The notes below the pieces were generated by a model, which saw nothing but the letters and a program-made list of their open reading frames with translations, ran no database searches and was not told where the DNA came from. Shown in pieces: positions 56,464-64,000 of a DNA stretch of 64,000 nucleotides (position 1 is the first letter of the stretch; every line of letters begins with the position of its first letter). This DNA is from an uncultured Alphaproteobacteria bacterium (lineage in GTDB: Bacteria > Pseudomonadota > Alphaproteobacteria > Bin95): NCBI GenBank assembly GCA_937891825.1, contig CALAHN010000089.1, positions 56,308-120,307 on the forward strand, given 5' to 3'. Made by a program: the position numbers and the translations under genes.

Positions 56464-57315
56464 TCACTCGATAATCGGTTGATCGCCTTTGATCTGAGTT
56501 CGGTGCATCAGGCGCCGCGCGCTGGCGTCGAAGGCGTCGCGCCGGTGCAGCACGGCGAGATTGCTCCAGATCAGCAGATCTCCCGCCCGCCAGGAATGGC
56601 GCCAGACATGCTCCGGCCGGGTCGCGGCCGCCCATAGCCGGTCGAGCATGCGCTCGCTTTCCGCGAGTGGCAGGCCGTCGATGTAGGCGTGGGGGCGGCG
56701 TCCGAGGAAGAGCGCGCGGTTTCCGGTTCGGCTGTCCCGGCGGACGATGGGATGCCGGGCGCCGACGGTCTCCGTCGGGTCGGCTGGCTCGACGTGACCG
56801 CGCCTGAGCATCCCGGCGGAATTGTGCGCGGCGTCGTGGACGAGCGTCAGTCCGGCCGTGGCTTCGCGCAAATCCGCATCCAAAGCCTCGAAGGCGCGGA
56901 ACTGATTGGCGAAATAGGTGTCGCCCTGGCCTTCCGGAACCTCGATCGCATAGAGGATCGCTGCTTTCGGCGGCGCCGCGATATAGGTCATGTCCGCATG
57001 CCAGACCGCTTCGCCCGCGCCCAGGTTGCCGACCGGCCGCCCGCCTTCCACGATGTTCGAGATCACGTTGATCATCGGAAACGCCGGCAGGAATGGCGCG
57101 CCATAGGGATTGGGGCCAGGGGGATCCAGTTCGCCAAAGATTTCAGAGAACCTCTGAAGCGTCGGATCGTCGAGCGACTGATTGCGGAGCAGCAGGACGA
57201 GATGCGCGTCGAGCGCATCCCGAAGCGCCGCCTTGGCCGCAGGCGCCAGCGCCATGGCCGCATCGAGCTCGGTGATTTCCGCGCCGAGCGCCGCTTCGAA
57301 GGGGATTATCTGCAC
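56464..57315 (-). CDS. TauD/TfdA family 2OG-Fe(II) dioxygenase
   Basis: LGAEI, WHADMTY, GDTYF, HPIVR, WSNLAVLHRR; GTG start 57315. Confidence 0.9.
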   Translation of the reverse strand: MQIIPFEAALGAEITELDAAMALAPAAKAALRDALDAHLVLLLRNQSLDDPTLQRFSEIFGELDPPGPNPYGAPFLPAFPMINVISNIVEGGRPVGNLGAGEAVWHADMTYIAAPPKAAILYAIEVPEGQGDTYFANQFRAFEALDADLREATAGLTLVHDAAHNSAGMLRRGHVEPADPTETVGARHPIVRRDSRTGNRALFLGRRPHAYIDGLPLAESERMLDRLWAAATRPEHVWRHSWRAGDLLIWSNLAVLHRRDAFDASARRLMHRTQIKGDQPIIE

Positions 57316-57409
57316 GCGCTTCCGCCTCGCTGAAATCGTTGACCCGCCGCCATGAGATGGCGATAGAGTAGCGGACCTTCGTCGCGCCCGGAACCGGACT
57401 GTAAGCCCC

Positions 57410-59047
57410 ATGCCGAAATCGCCAAGCCCCTACGACACGCATCTGGACAAGAACCCTGCGAACTATCAGCCGCTGACCCCGCTGCAGTTCCTGGAAAGGG
57501 CGGCCTGGACCTATCCCGACAGGCTGTCGGTCATTCACGGCGGGCGGCGGATGACGTGGGCGGAAACGCGGGAGCGCTGTCACCGGCTGGCGGATGCGCT
57601 GGCGAAGCGCGGCATCGGCAAGGGCGACACCGTCGCGGTCATGGCCTCCAACACGCCGGAGATGATGGAACTGCATTTCGGCGCGCCGCTGACAGGCGCC
57701 GTGCTCAACACCATCAACACCCGGCTCGACGCGGCGATCGTCGGCTTCATCCTGGACCATGGCGAGGCCGATGTGGTGTTTGTCGACCGCGAGTTCTCCG
57801 GCGTGATGCGAGAAGCGCTGGCAAGCGCCAAGGTCAGGCCAATCGTCATCGACATCGACGATCCCGAATATGACGGCCCCGGCGAACGGATAGGCGAATC
57901 CGATTTCGAGGCCTTCATCGCGGGCGGCGATCCAGGCTTTTCTTACCGCGCGCCCGACGACGAATGGGATGCGATCTCGTTGAATTATACTTCGGGCACG
58001 ACGGGCGACCCGAAGGGCGTCGTGTATCACCATCGCGGCGCCTATCTGAACGCCGCCGCCAACGCGATCACCTGGTCGATGCCGCAGCATCCGGTCTATC
58101 TCTGGACGTTGCCGATGTTCCATTGCAACGGCTGGTGCTTTCCCTGGACCATCGCGCTGCAGGCGGGGACCCATGTCTGCCTGCGCGCCGTCCGCGCCAA
58201 GCCGATCTTCGACGCGATCGCCGATCATAAGGTCGACCATCTCTGCGGGGCGCCGATTGTCCTGAACCTGATCGCGAACGCGGCGCCGGGCGACCGCCGG
58301 GACTTCGATCACACGGTCAAGATCATGACCGCTGCCGCGCCGCCGCCGCCATCGACCCTGGAGAAGATGGAGGCGCAAGGCTTCGATGTGACCCATGTCT
58401 ATGGCTTGACCGAAACCTACGGCCCCAGCGTGGTCTGCGCCTGGCACGAAGCGTGGGACGACCTGCCGCCCGCCGACCGCGCAGCCGTCAAGGCGCGCCA
58501 GGGCGTGCGCTATGCGATGCTGGACGGGCTGGACGTGATCGACCCGGAGAGCATGCAAGCCGCGCCGCGGGACGGCGAAACCATCGCCGAAGTGATGATG
58601 CAGGGCAACATCGTCATGAAAGGCTATCTCAAGAACCCCAAGGCCTCGGACGCGGCGTTCGCCGGCGGCTGGTTCCATTCCGGCGACCTCGGCGTCATGC
58701 ACGAAGACGGCTATGTCGGGATCAAGGACCGGTCGAAGGACATCATCATTTCCGGCGGCGAGAACATCTCCTCGGTCGAGGTCGAGCAGGTGCTTTATCG
58801 GCATCCCGCCGTGTCCGAGGCCGCGGTCGTCGCCAAGGCGGACGAGAAATGGGGCGAGACGCCCTGCGCGTTTCTCGAGATCAAGGACGGCGTCACGGCG
58901 CCGAGCGTCGAGGACATCATTCAGTTCTGCCGGAAGAATCTGGCGAGCTTCAAATGCCCGCGCCATGTGGTGTTCGGCCCCTTGCCGAAGACATCGACAG
59001 GGAAGGTCCAGAAGTTCGTATTGCGTGAGCGGGCGAAGGCGATATAG
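57410..59047 (+). CDS. Medium-chain acyl-CoA synthetase (AMP-binding)
   Basis: [44 protein letters not shown]. Confidence 0.93.
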   Translation: MPKSPSPYDTHLDKNPANYQPLTPLQFLERAAWTYPDRLSVIHGGRRMTWAETRERCHRLADALAKRGIGKGDTVAVMASNTPEMMELHFGAPLTGAVLNTINTRLDAAIVGFILDHGEADVVFVDREFSGVMREALASAKVRPIVIDIDDPEYDGPGERIGESDFEAFIAGGDPGFSYRAPDDEWDAISLNYTSGTTGDPKGVVYHHRGAYLNAAANAITWSMPQHPVYLWTLPMFHCNGWCFPWTIALQAGTHVCLRAVRAKPIFDAIADHKVDHLCGAPIVLNLIANAAPGDRRDFDHTVKIMTAAAPPPPSTLEKMEAQGFDVTHVYGLTETYGPSVVCAWHEAWDDLPPADRAAVKARQGVRYAMLDGLDVIDPESMQAAPRDGETIAEVMMQGNIVMKGYLKNPKASDAAFAGGWFHSGDLGVMHEDGYVGIKDRSKDIIISGGENISSVEVEQVLYRHPAVSEAAVVAKADEKWGETPCAFLEIKDGVTAPSVEDIIQFCRKNLASFKCPRHVVFGPLPKTSTGKVQKFVLRERAKAI

Positions 59048-59186
59048 CGCCGCTTTTCGCCGCGCAGAGGCCCCGATACGCCGCTTTGGGTTTGACAGGG
59101 CCCATGCGCGTCTTGTATCTAGCCCCATCGCGCGCCAACCGGACGGTTCGGCGCGTCTTTGTTGTGATGAATTGAAGGCTGGTCCC

Positions 59187-59312
59187 ATGAAGGTCGTGCG
59201 CTCCTTGAAGACGATTAAGAACCGCCATCGCGCGAGCCAGATCGTGCGCCGTCGCGGCCGCATCTACGTCATCAACAAGGAAGTCCGGAAGTTCAAAGCT
59301 CGCCAGGGCTAA
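59187..59312 (+). CDS. rpmJ: 50S ribosomal protein L36, zinc-free type B (YkgO-like)
   Basis: [41 protein letters not shown]; no Cys; TTGACA at 59092 upstream. Confidence 0.95.
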   Translation: MKVVRSLKTIKNRHRASQIVRRRGRIYVINKEVRKFKARQG

Positions 59313-59419
59313 GACTGACGGCGCGGCCCGCCCGCTTGGCGGAAAGGCTGCTTGCATAATCTTTGCCGCTCCGGTTACCTCACGCGACGCTCAAGTCCCG
59401 CACGAGGTATCTGGCCTGG

Positions 59420-60715
59420 ATGCAAACGAATTTTACGCTAGCCCAGCTTCAAGACGCGGACGTGGCGGAATCGGAGAAGATTCTGCGAACCTGCGTGCAT
59501 TGCGGCTTCTGCACGGCGACCTGCCCGACATACGTCCTGCTTGGCGATGAACTGGATAGCCCCCGCGGCCGCATCTACCAGATCAAGGACATGCTGGAGA
59601 ACGACCGCCCGGCGACGGCGACGGTCGTCAAGCATCTTGATCGCTGCCTGTCCTGTCTCTCCTGCATGACGACCTGCCCATCGGGCGTGCACTATCAGCA
59701 CCTGATCGACCATGCCCGGCATCACGTCGAGAAGACCTTCAAGCGGCCCTTCCTGGACCGCGCGCTGCGGGCGGCGCTGCCGCATATCCTGCCTTATCCG
59801 AACCGCTTCCGCGCGGCCTTGGCGGCGGCGTGGTTCGCCCGGCCATTCGCCCGGTTCGCTCCCGGCCGGCTGGGGGCGATGCTGCGCCTGACGCCCGCGT
59901 CCATCCCGCCCCGGTCGCCGATCGAGGGGCCTGGCGTGCACCGGGCCGAGGGGACGCGCATCAAGCGCGTCGCGCTGCTCGCCGGCTGCGCCCAGCAAGC
60001 GCTGGACCCGGCCATCAACGAAGCGACGATCCGCCTGCTGCAACGCCACGGCGTCGAGGTGACGGTCGCCAGGGGCGCCGGCTGCTGCGGGGCGCTTGTT
60101 CATCACATGGGCAAGGCCGAGGCCGGCCATGCCGCCGCCCGGCAGAATATCGACGCCTGGACCGCCGAAATGGAGGGCGAGGGGCTGGACGCGATCGTGA
60201 TCAACGCCTCCGGCTGCGGTACGAGCGTCAAGGATTATGGCTTCATGCTGCGCGAAGACCCGGCCTATGCGGCGAAAGCTCAGGCGGTTTCGGCGATCAC
60301 GCGGGACATTGTCGAGGTCATGCTCGAGATCGGCCTCAAAAACCCGCGCCCGCCAGAAATGCTTCGCCTGGCCTATCATTCCGCCTGTTCGATGCAGCAC
60401 GGCCAGCAATTGAAGGACGAGCCGAAAGCCTTGCTGGAGGACGCGGGCTTCCGGGTCATGACCCCGGCGGAGCCGCATCTCTGCTGTGGCTCGGCGGGGG
60501 TCTATAACATTCTGCAGCCGGAAATCGCCGGGCGGCTGAAAGCGCGCAAGGCCGCCAATCTGGCGAAACTGAAGCCGGATGCGATCGCCGCCGGAAACAT
60601 CGGCTGCATGACCCAGTTGCAAGGCGCCGCCGGCGCGCCGGTCGTGCATACGGCGGAACTGCTTGACTGGGCGACTGGCGGGCCGAAACCGAAGAAGCTC
60701 GGAGGGATCGCCTGA
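59420..60715 (+). CDS. glcF: Glycolate oxidase iron-sulfur subunit
   Basis: MQTNF, CVHCGFCTATCPTY, DSPRGRIY, CLSCLSCMTTCPSG, two CCG domains, NIGC. Confidence 0.94.
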   Translation: MQTNFTLAQLQDADVAESEKILRTCVHCGFCTATCPTYVLLGDELDSPRGRIYQIKDMLENDRPATATVVKHLDRCLSCLSCMTTCPSGVHYQHLIDHARHHVEKTFKRPFLDRALRAALPHILPYPNRFRAALAAAWFARPFARFAPGRLGAMLRLTPASIPPRSPIEGPGVHRAEGTRIKRVALLAGCAQQALDPAINEATIRLLQRHGVEVTVARGAGCCGALVHHMGKAEAGHAAARQNIDAWTAEMEGEGLDAIVINASGCGTSVKDYGFMLREDPAYAAKAQAVSAITRDIVEVMLEIGLKNPRPPEMLRLAYHSACSMQHGQQLKDEPKALLEDAGFRVMTPAEPHLCCGSAGVYNILQPEIAGRLKARKAANLAKLKPDAIAAGNIGCMTQLQGAAGAPVVHTAELLDWATGGPKPKKLGGIA

Positions 60716-60748
60716 GCGTCGATAGTCGGTTCGAGATCGCTCGGTCGA

Positions 60749-62299
60749 TCAGGCCTTCGGCTTGCTGCGGCGGCCCATGATGTAGGCGGGAATGAGCGCC
60801 GCCGCGGCGATCGCGGCCGTCAGCATGAATGTGTCCTGAAAGCCTTGCGTGTGGCCCTGAGCGTAAACTGCGTCGCCCAGATAGAGCAGCGCGCCCGCCG
60901 ATGCGTCCGCGGCCGAAACGCCGGCGTCGCGCATCAACCCGGCCGTGATCGCCAGCAATTCCTGACTGGCCGAATTGTCGGGCGTCTGGCTGGCGGCGAT
61001 GGTCTGGACGTGGACCGCCGTGGCGCTTTCCAGAAAGACCACCATCAGGTTGACGCCAGCGGCGCCGCCGAGCGTCCGAACAAAGTTCACCATGCCGGCC
61101 CCCTGGCTGACCTGCTCCGGTCTCAGCGATCGGAGCGCGCCGGTATTCAGCGAGGGAATGATCAGGGAAAGCCCGAAGCGGTTGACCAGCGTGAAGAAGA
61201 CGAAAAGCCAATATGGCGTATTGGCGTCCGAGACCGACATCAAAAGAAAGCCGACGCCGAACCAGAACAGGCCGGCCATGATCAGGATATGGGCCGGGAA
61301 CCGGTCGACCAGGCGCCCGGCCGTCGGGAACATCACGACCATCAGCATCCCGGCCGGGATCAGGGCGACGCCGGCCTTCGTCGCGGAGAAGCCCTGGACC
61401 TGCTGCATGAAGACGGCGATCGCGTAGATCGATCCAAACATCCCGAAGCCGAAGATGATCCCGACGACGGCGGCGGAGGCGAAGCGCGGATTGGCGTAGA
61501 GGCGCAAGTCCAGCATCGGCGCCTTGGCCGTGAGCTGGCGCCAGATGAATATCAGGGTCGAGAGGACGCCAAGCGTCAGCTCAAGCACGATCCGATCCGA
61601 CGACCAGCCGAAACGATGGCCGCTCGCCATGCCGTCCAGCAGCAAGCCAAGGGCGCATGCCATGAAGAACAGGCCGGCCCAATCGAAGCGTCGGGTCATG
61701 GTCGTGCTGCCCGAGGGCAGGAAGGCGCCGCCGGCCAGGGCCGCGCCGAACGCCATGGGCAGCGGCAGCAGGAACACGTAGCGCCAGCCAAGTTCGTCCG
61801 TGACGATGCCGCCAAGCGCGGGGCCGAGGGCCGGGGCGAGGACGACCCCCAGGCTGAACATGCCCATGGCCGCGCCCCGGCGTTCCGGCGGAAACACGGT
61901 GAAGATGATCGCCATGGTGAAGGGCTGGATCAAACCGGCGCAGAAGCCCTGGATGACCCGCGCCACGATGATCGTGTTCATATCCGGCGCGCCAGCCGCC
62001 AGGAACGACCCGCTGACGAAAGCCGCCATGGTCGCCAGGAACACGGCGCGCTGGCCGAAGCGCTGCTGCAGCCAGGACGTCAGCAGCATTGCTCCGGTCA
62101 TGGCGGCGAAATAGGCGGTGGAGAGCCACTGCGCCTGATCCTGGCCGACGCCGAAGGCCCCCATGACGGCGGGCACGGCCGTGTTGACGCTGGTCGACGA
62201 CAGCACCATGGCGATCATGCCGATCAGGCCGGAGCCTGTCATCAGCCAGCGCTCAGTCTCCGTGTAGTGCTGATAGCTTTGGCCGGCGGCAATCGCCAT
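60749..62299 (-). CDS. DHA2 (EmrB-like) MFS efflux permease
   Basis: WL.TAY, RVIQG, FPPERRG.AMG, APALGP.LGG, WRYVF, N..RTLGGA.G. Confidence 0.92.
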   Translation of the reverse strand: MAIAAGQSYQHYTETERWLMTGSGLIGMIAMVLSSTSVNTAVPAVMGAFGVGQDQAQWLSTAYFAAMTGAMLLTSWLQQRFGQRAVFLATMAAFVSGSFLAAGAPDMNTIIVARVIQGFCAGLIQPFTMAIIFTVFPPERRGAAMGMFSLGVVLAPALGPALGGIVTDELGWRYVFLLPLPMAFGAALAGGAFLPSGSTTMTRRFDWAGLFFMACALGLLLDGMASGHRFGWSSDRIVLELTLGVLSTLIFIWRQLTAKAPMLDLRLYANPRFASAAVVGIIFGFGMFGSIYAIAVFMQQVQGFSATKAGVALIPAGMLMVVMFPTAGRLVDRFPAHILIMAGLFWFGVGFLLMSVSDANTPYWLFVFFTLVNRFGLSLIIPSLNTGALRSLRPEQVSQGAGMVNFVRTLGGAAGVNLMVVFLESATAVHVQTIAASQTPDNSASQELLAITAGLMRDAGVSAADASAGALLYLGDAVYAQGHTQGFQDTFMLTAAIAAAALIPAYIMGRRSKPKA

Positions 62300-62305
62300 T
62301 GCAGC

Positions 62306-63469
62306 TTACAAGGCTTCGGCGACGTTGATATCGACCTCGACCATCATGCCTGGCGCAAGCTGGCGGGGCTGCTCGACGAACACGATCTTGACCGGAATGC
62401 GTTGGGTCACCTTGGTGAAATTCCCGCTTGGATTTGGCGTTGGCAGAAGGGCGAAACGCGAGGTCGCCGCCGTGCCGATCCGTGCGACCCGACCGACAAA
62501 CTTGTCGTCGGGGAAGGCGTCGACCGTCACTTCGACCCGCTGGCCGACCTTGAGGCGCCTGACCTGAGTTTCCTTGATGTTCGCTTCGATCCAGACATCC
62601 TCCGGGTCGTGCATCATCAGCAGGCGCCGGCCTTCGCCGACGAATTCCCCTTGCTCGATGAAGACGCGGTCGATGATGCCCGCCTTGGGCGCCCTGACGG
62701 CGCGTTGCTCGATCAGGGCTTCGTGACGGGCGATCTGCGCGCCCAATTGCGCCTCCCGAAAGGCCAGGCTGGCAAGCTCGCGCTCGATTACGGTGAGTTC
62801 GCCTTTGTCCGCTTCCGCTTCCGCCGCCTCGCCGCGAGACGAGGCGATCTCGGCGTCCGCGCGCCGCACTTCGCTCAGCAGGCGGGACACATCCGCTTGC
62901 GCCCGGTCCAGCCGCGCCTTGGCGATGACGCGCCGCTCAAACAGATTTTGGAACCGCGCAAGTTCCTGCTTCGCCAGCGTCAGGTCGGCTGACAGCGAAT
63001 CGCGCCTGGCCTGTTGGGCGCGGACGCTGGTCAAGCGGGTTTGATAGCGGCTGTCGGTCTGACGGGTGACCATATCGGTCTTGGCGGCATATTGCCCGCG
63101 TTCGGTGCGGATGGCGGCAAGCTCGGCGCGGAGCGCTTCAAGTTCGTAGATCTGAATCTTGTCGTCGATCTGCGCCAGAAGTTCGCCAGCTGCGACCGTC
63201 TGTCCGGCATCGACGATCAGTGTCTTCAGCATGCCGTCAACCCGGCTGCCGACAGTGACATGATCGGTCACGACACGGGCGTCATATTCATAGACATGGG
63301 TCATGCGCAGCATGACTTCCCGGGCGGCGAAGCCGATAGCGATAAGGGCCACGAGCCCGATGACCGCATTCCTGAGGAGTTTCGAGCTTTGCCGAAAGCG
63401 GCCGCGGCGCGCAGTGGGCGGCGGCGCGATCTGGGCAGGTTCTTCGGGCTTCGTGGGCGCTTCCGCCAT
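62306..63469 (-). CDS. EmrA/HlyD family periplasmic adaptor
   Basis: WIEANIKETQ, VDAFP, FALLP..N.SGNFTKVTQRIPVKI, PGMMVEV. Confidence 0.93.
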   Translation of the reverse strand: MAEAPTKPEEPAQIAPPPTARRGRFRQSSKLLRNAVIGLVALIAIGFAAREVMLRMTHVYEYDARVVTDHVTVGSRVDGMLKTLIVDAGQTVAAGELLAQIDDKIQIYELEALRAELAAIRTERGQYAAKTDMVTRQTDSRYQTRLTSVRAQQARRDSLSADLTLAKQELARFQNLFERRVIAKARLDRAQADVSRLLSEVRRADAEIASSRGEAAEAEADKGELTVIERELASLAFREAQLGAQIARHEALIEQRAVRAPKAGIIDRVFIEQGEFVGEGRRLLMMHDPEDVWIEANIKETQVRRLKVGQRVEVTVDAFPDDKFVGRVARIGTAATSRFALLPTPNPSGNFTKVTQRIPVKIVFVEQPRQLAPGMMVEVDINVAEAL

Positions 63470-63470
63470 T

Positions 63471-63938
63471 TCAGGCTATCTCCTCTGCCGGCGCTTTCGC
63501 CAGCGTTTCAAACCGCGCGATCAGGCGCCGCGTCAAAGCGTCGGCGGCTTGCAGCTCGGCGGCGTCCGCGTCGCTCAGGACCTCCTGGCGCAACGACGTC
63601 GCGATCTCATCGACGACATGGAACTTGGCTTCCCCCAGCGCCGTCAATCGCACCCGCTTGACCCGCCGGTCCTGTTGGTCCTCCCGGCGGTTGACCAGCC
63701 CCGCTTTCTCAAGCTGGTCGATCTGGCGGACAAGCGTCGGCCCGGTGACGCCGGCGCGTTCCGCCAGGTCCAGCTGCGCCATGCCGTCCTCCGGCGCCTC
63801 GTGCAGATGCACGAGCAGCAGCCAGCGAGCCTGCGACAGCCCTAATGGCCGCAGTCGATTATCGAGCTCGGTTCGCCAGAGACGGGCGAGATGCCCAACC
63901 TGTCGGCCGAAAGAAGGCGGATACGCCATGCCGTCCAT
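63471..63938 (-). CDS. MarR/SlyA family regulator
   Basis: ARLWR..LD.RL.PLGLSQARW, PTLVR.IDQLE..GLV.R, DRRVKR; start uncertain. Confidence 0.92.
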   Translation of the reverse strand: MDGMAYPPSFGRQVGHLARLWRTELDNRLRPLGLSQARWLLLVHLHEAPEDGMAQLDLAERAGVTGPTLVRQIDQLEKAGLVNRREDQQDRRVKRVRLTALGEAKFHVVDEIATSLRQEVLSDADAAELQAADALTRRLIARFETLAKAPAEEIA

Positions 63939-63978
63939 ATCCACTTTACGGGGACGCACATAATTGCGACGCTATATA

Positions 63979-63990
63979 TTAGCATCCTAA
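63979..63990. promoter_or_regulatory. Putative SlyA/MarR operator
   Basis: TTAGCATCCTAA, near-palindrome close to the SlyA box TTAGCAAGCTAA, in AT-rich DNA upstream of the regulator. Confidence 0.55.
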
Positions 63991-64000
63991 CTAAAAAGAT

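Noticed and set aside
59187-59312. Zinc-free L36 as a zinc-starvation paralog
   Set aside because: The Cys-free form is the usual L36 in Alphaproteobacteria, and no Zur box was seen.

Overview
GC-rich chromosomal window. Gene orders such as dnaB-alr-mlaEF-radA-cvpA-purF, ppx-rlmE-guaB-guaA and degQ-rarA-crcB-rluA-HAD-ATP12, plus DUF1013/TrcR and a SAM-II riboswitch, point to an alphaproteobacterium (inference). About 60 densely packed CDSs, mostly housekeeping and acyl-CoA/organic-compound catabolism. I saw no rRNA, tRNA, CRISPR, integrase or transposase. The most unusual element is a compact, overlapping tsaE-tsaB-tsaC-tsaD operon (41170-38443) encoding all four t6A-machinery homologs. These genes are normally dispersed in Alphaproteobacteria, and here they carry non-canonical motif residues. 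The operon is followed by a 2OG/Fe(II) dioxygenase and is divergent from an uncharacterised P-loop protein plus homoserine O-acyltransferase. It may be a repurposed paralogous aminoacyl-carbamoyl-transfer system. Also present: a SAM-II aptamer followed by an intrinsic terminator upstream of metZ, a 105-bp two-hairpin repeat with compensatory changes (three copies, two flanking a small stress gene), and an acylase/acyl-CoA ligase/dehydratase gene run. All calls come from motif recognition by eye; no database searches were run.
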